Shown piece after piece: positions 9,846 through 18,790 of a stretch of 64,000 bases of DNA (positions are counted from its first letter, which is position 1; the number at the start of each line of letters is the position of its first letter). Origin of the DNA: Bacteroidales bacterium. GTDB lineage: Bacteria > Bacteroidota > Bacteroidia > Bacteroidales > PUMT01. Under the pieces are notes generated by a model, which was not told the DNA's origin, made no database searches, and saw only the letters and a program-made list of their open reading frames with translations. The position numbers and the translations under genes are program-made. The stretch covers positions 2,650 through 66,649 of the forward strand of contig SKND01000035.1 in NCBI GenBank assembly GCA_007120695.1. Reading direction: 5' to 3'.

Positions 9846-9885
9846 AAAAGGGAGGCTGCCTGTATTTAAGGCAGCCTCCCTTTTT
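9846..9885. terminator. bidirectional rho-independent terminator between convergent genes
   Basis: Perfect 11-bp GC-rich stem GGGAGGCTGCC (9850..9860) / GGCAGCCTCCC (9870..9880) with a 9-nt loop. It is flanked by AAAA (9846..9849) and TTTTT (9881..9885), so it presents a U-tract on both strands. Confidence 0.8.
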
Positions 9886-9975
9886 CAGTGTGTTCCGTGC
9901 ATGGCAGATAACCTGGTGGTGAAAGTCCGTTACGGGGGTGGTTCTGCTGCTATTGCAACAGTGAACATACACAAT

Positions 9976-11187
9976 CTAATTGTCTGTCTCGCCTGTCATC
10001 AGGAACAACGGTTTCATTTCAAAGCTCTCATAAATTGGTCTCAGCCTTTCGATATTGTAGTGTTTCTTAACATCCACAAGCTTCTTGGTGCTTGTTACGA
10101 CATCTATCGGAACATTGTCGTACCTGCCGTTCTGCAGCACTACCAGTCTGCCGTGTATTCCCTTAAGAATAAGATCCAGCGCAAGGTTTCCGAATGCCAT
10201 AGGTACAATCGAGTCGATGGCATCGGGATCACCGCCTCTAACCAGATATCCAAGTTTCTGGTTAATCACATTTATCGGGGTGCCACTGTTATATTTAGGT
10301 GAGAGCCTTACCATCTCATTTGATACCAGGTCTCCTATTCCCCCAAGTTTTGCGTGTCCGTAAGCATCTTTCTCCTGGCTCTGGAATACCATTTCTCCTC
10401 CCTCGAACATTGTTCCCTCCGAAACAAGTACAACAGAGTAATTGCTTGGATTTTTCTTACGGTCTTCCACCATCAGCTTGGTCAGCTTCTCCATGTTGAA
10501 TTTATACTCAGGTATCACACAACGGTTTGCTGCGCCTGCCATTGTTGGCAGCATGGCAGTAAATCCTGCATACCTTCCGAATACTTCAAGCACCAGAAAC
10601 CGTTCATGTGATCCTGCCGAAGTCCGTAATATATGTGTCATCATTATGGTCCTGGTAATGCAGGTACTGAAACCTATACAATAGTCTGTGCCGGGTACAT
10701 CATTGTCCATTGTTTTCGGGATGGCAATTACTTTGACACCTTCCTTATACAATCGTACGCCGTAACTCAGAGTATCATCCCCGCCTATCGGAATCATAAA
10801 GTCTATTCCAATAAAAGCCAGGTTCTTCAACACTTCCGGGGTAAGGTCGTTGATCTCATCCTTGTACTTATCTTTCAGATGGTCCGGTACATGGATCTTT
10901 TTAACCTTGCTAGGATTGGTACGTGAACTGTGAAGGAATGTCCCTCCGGTTCTTCCTGCCCTGTTAACGATCTCTTCAGTCAGTTCGATGTAATAGGGTT
11001 TGTTGTTTGCTTTCGGATCGGGTTTCATTTCCATGATGCCCGCCCAGCCGCGACGGATTCCGATAACTTTATAACCCTCACGGAGGGCTCTGATAGTTAC
11101 AGCCCTGATAGCAGGGTTCAGACCGGGAACATCTCCACCACCTGTTAAAATACCGATTATTCCTTTTACCTTTTTTGTTGTTGCCAT
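9976..11187 (-). CDS. pfp: 6-phosphofructokinase, predicted pyrophosphate-dependent (PFK family A)
   Basis: 403 aa. Motifs GILTGGGDVPGLNPAIR, PIGGDDTLSYG and IPKTMDNDV. Asp in GGDD and Lys in PKT occupy the positions (E. coli PfkA G104/G124) that distinguish PPi- from ATP-dependent enzymes. Confidence 0.9.
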   Translation of the reverse strand: MATTKKVKGIIGILTGGGDVPGLNPAIRAVTIRALREGYKVIGIRRGWAGIMEMKPDPKANNKPYYIELTEEIVNRAGRTGGTFLHSSRTNPSKVKKIHVPDHLKDKYKDEINDLTPEVLKNLAFIGIDFMIPIGGDDTLSYGVRLYKEGVKVIAIPKTMDNDVPGTDYCIGFSTCITRTIMMTHILRTSAGSHERFLVLEVFGRYAGFTAMLPTMAGAANRCVIPEYKFNMEKLTKLMVEDRKKNPSNYSVVLVSEGTMFEGGEMVFQSQEKDAYGHAKLGGIGDLVSNEMVRLSPKYNSGTPINVINQKLGYLVRGGDPDAIDSIVPMAFGNLALDLILKGIHGRLVVLQNGRYDNVPIDVVTSTKKLVDVKKHYNIERLRPIYESFEMKPLFLMTGETDN

Positions 11188-11358
11188 GATAATTATTTAG
11201 TTAATTGATTGATATTTGAAGAGCCTAAAAGTATAAAAAAAACCGGTATGGTCAAAAACGAACTTCCATTTAACCTTTTTTGGTTAATTTTTGAAACCCT
11301 TGTCTTATGGTCGCGGCAATGTCCTGGCGGGCTCTGCCTGAAAGGCATGTGTGATTTT

Positions 11359-11784
11359 CTATCTGCAACTTTCAACCTCCACTATTTCCAAATCCTCTAT
11401 CTCCCAGCTGAATTCATCAGATTCCAGTTGCTGGTTGCTCAAACTGCTGCTTTGATAATACATGCCGTTTATCCTTCCTGTTTTGGCAAGCTTGGGGTTA
11501 ATGCATAATTCGGTAACGTCACTGCTCTCTTCATGCATTGGCCCCATAAAAAATTCGATCACATAGCTCACCTCTACCGGGTAATCATTATTATTTTTGA
11601 TTTTCAGCCGCAGCTCAAGAGGACTGTTCCTGTCGAGCCATTTGGAGTTCGCCCACCTGTACTGAATTTCGACTCCGTCAACGGTAGAATGGTCAACATA
11701 CCTTCTTTGCGAAGAAGCTTCCTGTGTTGTTCCTGCAAGGATAAAAAAAAGAGAGAAAACTGAAAATGCTAATAAATGTTTCAT
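11359..11784 (-). CDS. hypothetical secreted protein
   Basis: 141-aa ORF with a signal peptide (MKHLLAFSVFSLFFILAGTTQEASS). I recognise no family. Confidence 0.5.
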   Translation of the reverse strand: MKHLLAFSVFSLFFILAGTTQEASSQRRYVDHSTVDGVEIQYRWANSKWLDRNSPLELRLKIKNNNDYPVEVSYVIEFFMGPMHEESSDVTELCINPKLAKTGRINGMYYQSSSLSNQQLESDEFSWEIEDLEIVEVESCR

Positions 11785-11942
11785 TTTGATCTGGTTTAGT
11801 TAAAAAATAGTTTCATGCTGTTGTAATGTATCTATCATAAATAATTTATCGTGTTGATATGGATTATAACCCGAAAAACGGGAACTTTGTTATTATGATG
11901 TATTGATTTATTAAATCCAATCCAATCCAATGACTCTTTTGC

Positions 11943-14396
11943 TTACCTCCTGATCCTTGCTCCCGCATTCTCTTCAAAGGCTGCGGCCATCTTTTCCATG
12001 ACTGCATCAATCTCTTTATCTTTCAGGGTTCCCTCCATATCCTGAAGGATAAATGATATGGCATAGGACTTTTTACCTTCTTCAATCTTATCACCTTCAT
12101 AAATATCAAAAAGTGTTAGTTTCTTAAGAAGTTTTTTTTCGGTTTCGAAAGCAATCTTCCTGATCTTGTCGAATTTGATCTCTTTATCCAGCTCCATGGC
12201 AAGATCCCGTTTTACTGCAGGGAATCTTGGCAGTTCACTGCAGGCGATTGTTACTGTTGAGGCGGACCTGACCAGGTTGTCCCAGTGAATATCTGCATAG
12301 AAAAGCTCCGATTTCAGATCTGCCTGTTCTGCAATGTCAGGATGGACACACCCGTATTCTGCCAGCACCTCATTTTTTCCCTTAATTTGTAATCCGTAAA
12401 GAAAAAACTCACCTCGTATTTCTTTATACTCCAGTTCGTCCGGGTCGATACCAAGGCGCCTGAAAACCTGTTCCACATACCCTTTTATATCGTAAAAATC
12501 TGATTTCTTTCCCGGTCTGTTCCAAAGAGTCCTGCCAGCTGCCCCTGACAGGAACAGGGCCAGGTGTCTTGATTCACTGTAGCGGGTAAGTTCATTTTCA
12601 TTTTTACTCTTTCCGGTGAACCTGTATACATTACCAAACTCATAAAATTTCACATCCGGACTCTTACGGTTTGCATTGTACACTAAAGCTTCGATACCTC
12701 CGTACAATAATGTCTGTCGCATACTGTCAAGGTCGTTGCTCAGGGGGTTTAGAATCTTCACAAGGTTCTCTTCCGGAAATTCCCTGAGAGTTTTATAATA
12801 TGAAGAGCTGGTAAGTGAGTTGGAAATTATTTCATTAAAACCAAGGTTGGTAAGCATCCCGGCTATTGTATTCTCATATTTCTCCTTATCCGGTTTGCTG
12901 GTATACGAGAGGGTTGAATGAACTGTTTTGGGAACTGAGATAGTGTTGTATCCGTAGATCCGGAGTATCTCTTCAACTACATCTGCCGGCCTTGTAACAT
13001 CAACCCGGTAGAGAGGAACTTCAAGGGACAGTTTATCAGGGGTCTCATTTATAATTATAAAATCAAGCAACGTCAAAATCCTTTTTATTCTCTCCCGGGG
13101 GATCTCTTCACCAACCAGCCGGTTAATATAGGCAAGTTCCAGATCCAGTTTTACCGGTTCTGCGGGTTTGGGATACACATCGGTAACTTCCGAAGAAATT
13201 TGTCCGCCTGCAATCTCCTTTATAAGAAGAGCAGCTCTTTTCAGCACATATACTGTGGCTGACGGGTCTGTCCCCCGCTCAAACCTGAATGAGGCATCAG
13301 TACCGAGTCCGTGCCTGCGTGCGGTTTTCCTGATGGAAACCGGATCGAAACATGCACTTTCAAGAAATACATTTTCAGTAGATTCATTAACACCTGAACC
13401 AATACCTCCCAGTACTCCTGCAATACACATGCCTTCTTCGGCATTGCAAATCATCAGGTCCTCTTTTGAAAGTTCCCGTTCCTCTTCATCAAGGGTTAGA
13501 AACCTGGTTCTTTCGGGCAGCTGCCCAACAATTACCTTCCGGCCCTTTATCTTGTCGGCATTGAAAGCATGAAGGGGTTGCCCTGTTTCATGGAGTACAT
13601 AGTTGGTTATATCCACAATATTATTGATTGGCTTTAAACCGATTGCTTTAAGCCTGTTCTGAAGCCAGTGTGGTGATGGTCCCACCTTAACTCCCGAAAT
13701 GGTGAGGCCGCTGTAGCGGGGACAAGCTGCCGGGTCGTTTATTATAATCTCTACAGGATAATTGTTGTTATCAGGCCTGAAGTTGTCAACAACGGGTTTT
13801 GTGAGGGATACTTTTCCATCCTGTCCGAGCCATGCTGCCAGGTCCCTTGCTACACCAAAATGGGATGCTGCATCAATCCGGTTTGGAGTGAGCCCTATCT
13901 CAAATACAGTATCGGTCTCTATGCTGAAATATTCACTTGCAGGCGTTCCCGGAACGGCATCTTTGTCGAGCACCATTATTCCATCATGTGAATCGCCTAT
14001 TCCAAGCTCATCCTCAGCACAGATCATCCCTTCTGAAACCTCACCCCTGATTTTTGTCTTTTCTATTTTAAAACTCTGAACACCCTTGTATAAAACTGCA
14101 CCGGTAAGGGCAACCGGCACTTTCTGACCTGCTTCGACATTGGGAGCTCCACATACTATCTGTAAAATTTTTCCGGTTCCGGCATCAACTTTTGTAAGTG
14201 ACAGTTTATCCGCATCCGGATGCTTTTCACAGGAGACTACCTCGCCTATTACTATCCCCGCCAGTCCCCCCCTGACTGTCTGGTAGAGTTCGCTACCTTC
14301 AACCTCGAGTCCGGTGCTGGTAAGTATTTCCGACATCTTACCGGGTTCAAGCTCAGTCTGAATGTACTGCTTCAGCCAGTTATATGAAATCTTCAT
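11943..14396 (-). CDS. pheT: phenylalanine--tRNA ligase beta subunit
   Basis: 817 aa. It has the canonical N-terminus MKISYNWLKQYI, a tRNA-binding OB domain (GLAGIVIGEVVSCEKHPDADKL), and B3/4, B5 and FDX-ACB regions. Confidence 0.95.
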   Translation of the reverse strand: MKISYNWLKQYIQTELEPGKMSEILTSTGLEVEGSELYQTVRGGLAGIVIGEVVSCEKHPDADKLSLTKVDAGTGKILQIVCGAPNVEAGQKVPVALTGAVLYKGVQSFKIEKTKIRGEVSEGMICAEDELGIGDSHDGIMVLDKDAVPGTPASEYFSIETDTVFEIGLTPNRIDAASHFGVARDLAAWLGQDGKVSLTKPVVDNFRPDNNNYPVEIIINDPAACPRYSGLTISGVKVGPSPHWLQNRLKAIGLKPINNIVDITNYVLHETGQPLHAFNADKIKGRKVIVGQLPERTRFLTLDEEERELSKEDLMICNAEEGMCIAGVLGGIGSGVNESTENVFLESACFDPVSIRKTARRHGLGTDASFRFERGTDPSATVYVLKRAALLIKEIAGGQISSEVTDVYPKPAEPVKLDLELAYINRLVGEEIPRERIKRILTLLDFIIINETPDKLSLEVPLYRVDVTRPADVVEEILRIYGYNTISVPKTVHSTLSYTSKPDKEKYENTIAGMLTNLGFNEIISNSLTSSSYYKTLREFPEENLVKILNPLSNDLDSMRQTLLYGGIEALVYNANRKSPDVKFYEFGNVYRFTGKSKNENELTRYSESRHLALFLSGAAGRTLWNRPGKKSDFYDIKGYVEQVFRRLGIDPDELEYKEIRGEFFLYGLQIKGKNEVLAEYGCVHPDIAEQADLKSELFYADIHWDNLVRSASTVTIACSELPRFPAVKRDLAMELDKEIKFDKIRKIAFETEKKLLKKLTLFDIYEGDKIEEGKKSYAISFILQDMEGTLKDKEIDAVMEKMAAAFEENAGARIRR

Positions 14397-14536
14397 CTAC
14401 TTCAATATATTCTTTGTTTAACAATGAAATCTCAAAAGTAATAAGTTTTTTTTGAGATTATGTTGATAACCCGGGAAATGATCATAGATTTCGGGTTTGT
14501 CAGACCTGCCTGTTAAAACTTTATGATGTGCTATCC

Positions 14537-14567
14537 ATTGAAACTAGTGTGCAAATAAATATATTTG
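14537..14567 (+). promoter_or_regulatory. Bacteroidota-type promoter for surE, embedded in a 24-bp palindrome
   Basis: ATTG (14537..14540), a 19-nt spacer, then TATATTTG (14560..14567). The -7 box lies inside the palindrome TGTGCAAATA-aata-TATTTGCACA (14548..14571). Confidence 0.45.
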
Positions 14568-14594
14568 CACATATTAATTGTAAAAAGAAGCAAA

Positions 14595-15392
14595 TTGAAG
14601 AAGAACAATAGCAATCAAAGACCGCTGATACTGGTTACCAATGATGACGGGATACATGCACCCGGACTGAAGACGTTGATGGAAATTGCAAAAAAATTTG
14701 GCGATGTGATGGCAATAGCCCCTAATGAAGGACGCTCCGGAATGTCTCATGCGATAACCATCAAATACCCGTTAAGGTACAAGAAACTCAGGGAGGAAGA
14801 GGGTTTTGTGTTTTATTCATGTTCAGGCACACCGGCCGATTGTGTTAAGATCGCAATTAACCAGATACTTGACAGGAAACCTGATTTGCTGCTGTCAGGA
14901 ATAAATCATGGTTCAAACTCATCAATCTCGGTTGTTTACAGCGGTACCATGGGTGCTGCGATAGAGGGCGGCCTGCATGCAGTTCCTTCAATAGGTTTGT
15001 CGGTTACAGACTATTCTCCCAGCCCTGATTTTTCTGCGGCCATTCTTTATGGTGAAAGAATAATTGAAAAAACATTGATTGACGGATTGCCTGAAGGAGT
15101 TTGTCTGAATGTAAATTTCCCCAGGCTTTCCGCAGGAGATGTCAGGGGGATAAAGATCTGCAGACAGGCACGTGGTCTCTGGGTGGAAGAGTTTGATAAG
15201 CGTTCTGACCCGCATAAAAGGGACTATTACTGGTTGACCGGGTATTTTGAAAATTACGAGCCTGAGGCGGAAGATACTGACGAATGGGCCCTCAAAAATA
15301 AATATGTGTCTGTCGTACCTGTTAAGATTGACTTTACGGATCTGGGTGCAATGGAAAAACTCAGATCTTCTTATGCAAAGGCCAGAACTTAA
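14595..15392 (+). CDS. surE: 5'/3'-nucleotidase SurE
   Basis: Motifs ILVTNDDGIHAPGL, GINHGSN and YSGTMGAAIEG. The ORF is open from TTG 14565, but that codon lies inside the -7 promoter box. The next start is TTG 14595 (M-KKNNSNQRPLILVTNDDG), and no ATG is available. Confidence 0.9.
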   Translation: MKKNNSNQRPLILVTNDDGIHAPGLKTLMEIAKKFGDVMAIAPNEGRSGMSHAITIKYPLRYKKLREEEGFVFYSCSGTPADCVKIAINQILDRKPDLLLSGINHGSNSSISVVYSGTMGAAIEGGLHAVPSIGLSVTDYSPSPDFSAAILYGERIIEKTLIDGLPEGVCLNVNFPRLSAGDVRGIKICRQARGLWVEEFDKRSDPHKRDYYWLTGYFENYEPEAEDTDEWALKNKYVSVVPVKIDFTDLGAMEKLRSSYAKART

Positions 15393-15666
15393 CTCTCAAA
15401 GAACGGGTTTTATCGCAGGCATTATCCTTCCCCTGATATCTTTTTTCCTGTTTTACCTTTTCAGGTATGGTGAAATACCGCTTGTCGAGTTTATAAAATA
15501 TGTGTATTTCAGGCAGGTTCTTTCGCCGGTTTTAAGCCTGAATATCCTGCCCAATCTGATAATTTTTTACTTATTTATAAGAAAGGATTATCTCAGGTCG
15601 GCCAGGGGTGTTCTGCTTGCCACCTTCCTGTTTGCAGGTGTTGTGCTTTTAATAAAGGTACTGTAG
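15373..15666 (+). CDS. small integral membrane protein (3 predicted TM helices), function unknown
   Basis: The track ORF is 15247..15666. The part upstream of ATG 15373 overlaps surE out of frame. From MQRPELNSQRTGFIAGIILPLISFFLFYLF... the sequence is hydrophobic. It sits between surE and lpxB. Confidence 0.45.
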   Translation: MQRPELNSQRTGFIAGIILPLISFFLFYLFRYGEIPLVEFIKYVYFRQVLSPVLSLNILPNLIIFYLFIRKDYLRSARGVLLATFLFAGVVLLIKVL

Positions 15667-15672
15667 TGAGAT

Positions 15673-16800
15673 ATGAGATATTATATTATAGCAGGAGAGG
15701 CTTCGGGTGATCTGCACGGTTCAAACCTGATGAGATCCCTTGGCAAATTAGATCCTGACGCTGATTTCCGTTACTGGGGAGGAGACCTTATGGCAGGTGA
15801 GGGAGGGACCCTGGTGCAGCATTTCAGGAAGGCCAGCTTTATGGGATTCTGGGAGGTTATCAGGAATATCGGAACTGTTCTGTCCGGCTTGCGTATGTGC
15901 AAAAGAGATATCTTAAGGTACCGTCCCGATGCCCTGATACTTATCGACTACCCCGGCTTCAATCTTCGTATGGCACGTTTTGCTTCCGGAAAAGGGATAA
16001 AGGTATTCTACTATATCTCACCCAAGGTGTGGGCATGGAACCAGTCGCGGGTCAAAATAATAAAAAGATATGTTGACCATATGCTGACAATTTTCCCGTT
16101 TGAAACAACCTTCTATAACAGGTTCGGATATAAGGTAGATTATGTTGGAAATCCTTTGCTGGATGCAATCGGCAATCGTTCATACAGGGATGAGGATTTT
16201 GAAAGGTTTACTGAAAGGAACCGGCTTTCAGGCAAACCCTTGATAGCAATGCTTGCCGGCAGCCGTATCCAGGAGATTGATAACTGTCTGCCGGTAATGG
16301 TATCGGTTATGGATCAATATACAGATTATCAGTTTGTAATAGCTGGAGCTCCATCAATTGATCCGGCAACCTACAGGAAATATACAGGAGATAAAATAGC
16401 TGTTCTTTATGACCAGACTTATGCTATCCTGCAACATGCCACTGCAGCCCTGGTGGTAAGCGGAACGGCAACACTTGAGGCAGCCCTGCTGGGTGCCCCG
16501 CAGGTGGTCTGTTATCGGGGTTCGGCACTTTCTTATCAGATAGCGAAACGGTTTGTGAAGATAAAATACATTTCCCTCGTTAATCTTATTATGGAAAAGG
16601 AGGTTGTAAAAGAACTGATCCAGGATGACCTGAACAGTGAGAAGCTAAGGGCAGAAATTGACAAACTGCTCTTTGACAGGGACTACAGGAATTCGATGCT
16701 TGATGATATGGCAGAACTGAAGAAACGACTGGGCGAACCGGGAGCATCTGAGCGGGCTGCCGGTAAAGTTGTTGAATATCTTGATCAAAATAAAAACTGA
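15673..16800 (+). CDS. lpxB: lipid-A-disaccharide synthase
   Basis: 375 aa. Motifs MRYYIIAGEASGDLHGSNLM, LIDYPGFNLR, YYISPKVWAW and SGTATLEAALLG. Confidence 0.9.
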   Translation: MRYYIIAGEASGDLHGSNLMRSLGKLDPDADFRYWGGDLMAGEGGTLVQHFRKASFMGFWEVIRNIGTVLSGLRMCKRDILRYRPDALILIDYPGFNLRMARFASGKGIKVFYYISPKVWAWNQSRVKIIKRYVDHMLTIFPFETTFYNRFGYKVDYVGNPLLDAIGNRSYRDEDFERFTERNRLSGKPLIAMLAGSRIQEIDNCLPVMVSVMDQYTDYQFVIAGAPSIDPATYRKYTGDKIAVLYDQTYAILQHATAALVVSGTATLEAALLGAPQVVCYRGSALSYQIAKRFVKIKYISLVNLIMEKEVVKELIQDDLNSEKLRAEIDKLLFDRDYRNSMLDDMAELKKRLGEPGASERAAGKVVEYLDQNKN

Positions 16801-16809
16801 TTTTGCCAG

Positions 16810-17961
16810 ATGAGCCGCGTTGCTATTTGTATGATTATGTTCCTGTTTGCTGCTAAAAAGGGTTACACTGCAGAAATATTCATTAGTATATTCAATGAAT
16901 ATAATCTTACTGCGCTGGTTATTTCACCTGGAAATGGTAATTATACGGTTACAGGTGACGGACTTAAATTATATGCGGCAGAGGAGAATGAAATTCTATA
17001 TGTATCGATGGCAGGCGAGGAGCTTGTTTTGAGGGGGCATACCGGAGTATTGGGCAGTTTTCAGGAAATCTCGATCAGTCAATATGAAAAAGACGGATGG
17101 TACAGTTTTATGCCGGTGGATCCTCTGCATGAAAGGAGGTACTATCACGGCAGCCTTCAACTTAGTATAGAGTTCGGCCGGATAAAGGCTCTGAATATTA
17201 TTGCCGAAGACCTTTACATTGCCGGGGTTGTTGAGGCAGAGTCGGGTTTGGGATGGCACGATATGTATTACAGGGCTCAGTCGGTCATTTGCCGGACGTA
17301 TCTTTACGGAAATCTGGCCAGGCATGCTGATGAAGGTTTCCATCTGTGTGACGAGGTGCATTGCCAGGTGTATAAAGGCCAACTTACCTCTGACGAGGTT
17401 ATTGAAAAAGCAGTTAAGTATGCAGAAGGCTTGGTAATTACCGGTACAGACAGTACACTTATCACTGCTGCCTTCCATTCAAATTGCGGAGGACAAACGG
17501 TTAATTCAGAGGAGGTTTGGCTGGTTCGCCGCCCTTATCTTAGATCAGTTAATGACCCTTTCTGTTCAGGGGGACGCAGCTCTTCCTGGGAAAGAAAGAT
17601 AGATACCCATGATTGGGGAGGGTACCTTTATGAGATGGGCCTGGGAGACAGCGAAGGCACAACAGATCCTTATATTTTCCGGTTTAACCAGAATTTCAGG
17701 GAGACTCACTACTCCATAGGCGGATTCCGGATACCATTAAGTAAGATAAGGAATGACTGGAACTTAAGGTCGGCTTTCTTTGATGTTAAAGTGCCTGATC
17801 AGGGCAGTTCGATACTTTTAAGGGGCCGTGGTCATGGTCACGGAGTCGGGCTTTGCCAGGAAGGAGCTATGGAAATGGCTGCAAAGGGTTATAATTTTAT
17901 TGATATCTTGCAGTTCTACTATACAGGTATAATCATAACTGATTTAACTGATCTTTACTAA
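16810..17961 (+). CDS. SpoIID/LytB domain-containing protein (peptidoglycan remodelling)
   Basis: 383 aa. Motifs YRAQSVICRTYLY, HLCDEVHCQVYKG, AAFHSNCGGQT and GHGHGVGLCQEGAMEMA. Confidence 0.8.
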   Translation: MSRVAICMIMFLFAAKKGYTAEIFISIFNEYNLTALVISPGNGNYTVTGDGLKLYAAEENEILYVSMAGEELVLRGHTGVLGSFQEISISQYEKDGWYSFMPVDPLHERRYYHGSLQLSIEFGRIKALNIIAEDLYIAGVVEAESGLGWHDMYYRAQSVICRTYLYGNLARHADEGFHLCDEVHCQVYKGQLTSDEVIEKAVKYAEGLVITGTDSTLITAAFHSNCGGQTVNSEEVWLVRRPYLRSVNDPFCSGGRSSSWERKIDTHDWGGYLYEMGLGDSEGTTDPYIFRFNQNFRETHYSIGGFRIPLSKIRNDWNLRSAFFDVKVPDQGSSILLRGRGHGHGVGLCQEGAMEMAAKGYNFIDILQFYYTGIIITDLTDLY

Positions 17962-18058
17962 AAACCGGTGAATGTTAACGGTCCGGTAAGTAGTAGTATT
18001 TGATCTTTAATGATGCCGGAAGCAGGGTTAAACAGGTTAATGAACAAAAATTTAGATA

Positions 18059-18790
18059 ATGGTTGCACTAATACGCAAGGAGATTGACAGTTTTTTCAGT
18101 TCCCTAACAGGGTATGTCGTTATCATTGTTTTTCTTGTGCTCAGCGGACTTTTTATGTGGGTATTCCCGGGTGATCTGAATATTCCGGACAGTGGTTATG
18201 CCACACTTGACACCCTCTTTATAATTGCCCCGTGGGTATTCCTTTTTCTTGTACCTGCTGTTACAATGAGAATGTTTGCAGAGGAAAAAAGGTCAGGAAC
18301 CCTCGAACTGCTGCTGGTAAGGCCGCTTACCGATCTGCAGATCGTCCTGGCTAAATTTTCCGCTGCCGTGGTACTGGTAATTATATCATTGGTTCCGACA
18401 CTGATTTATTTCTGGTCGGTATACAAACTTGGTAATCCTCCCGGTAATCTTGATACAGGAGCAATATGGGGATCATATATTGGCCTGGTGTTTCTTGCCG
18501 GTTGTTATGCTGCAATTGGGGTCTTTGCCTCATCGCTAACAGATAATCAGATAGTTGCGTTTATTGTAGCCGTTTTACTGTGTTTCTTTTTCTTTACAGG
18601 GTTTGAAATGATAAGTGCCCTTCCGCTCCCGTTGAGGATTGAAGAGTTGTTATTGTACATGGGAATAAATGAACATTACCGGTCGGTCAGCAGGGGAGTG
18701 GTTGATACCCGTGATGTGGTTTACTTTCTGGCACTGATTGCTTTTTTTATTTTTTTAACCCGAACTGTTCTTCAGAGCAGAAAATGGTAA
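18059..18790 (+). CDS. gldF: gliding-motility-associated ABC transporter permease GldF
   Basis: 243 aa with 6 TM helices in an ABC-2 type permease pattern (IRKEIDSFFSSLTGYVVIIVFLVLSG, FAEEKRSGTLELLL). It is immediately followed by, and overlaps, gldG. Confidence 0.75.
   Translation: MVALIRKEIDSFFSSLTGYVVIIVFLVLSGLFMWVFPGDLNIPDSGYATLDTLFIIAPWVFLFLVPAVTMRMFAEEKRSGTLELLLVRPLTDLQIVLAKFSAAVVLVIISLVPTLIYFWSVYKLGNPPGNLDTGAIWGSYIGLVFLAGCYAAIGVFASSLTDNQIVAFIVAVLLCFFFFTGFEMISALPLPLRIEELLLYMGINEHYRSVSRGVVDTRDVVYFLALIAFFIFLTRTVLQSRKW

Noticed and set aside
11914-11931. An (AATCC)3 pentanucleotide microsatellite lies between pheT and the downstream hypothetical gene.
   Set aside because: It has only three units, lies outside coding sequence, and has no promoter-spacer context. 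It is too short to argue for phase variation.
14428-14460. I considered the hairpin AATCTCAAAA...TTTTGAGATT in the pheT leader region as a Phe-responsive attenuator.
   Set aside because: There is no Phe-rich leader peptide and no T-box features. The left arm coincides with a -7-like box (TACTTTTG on the minus strand), so the pairing is probably incidental.
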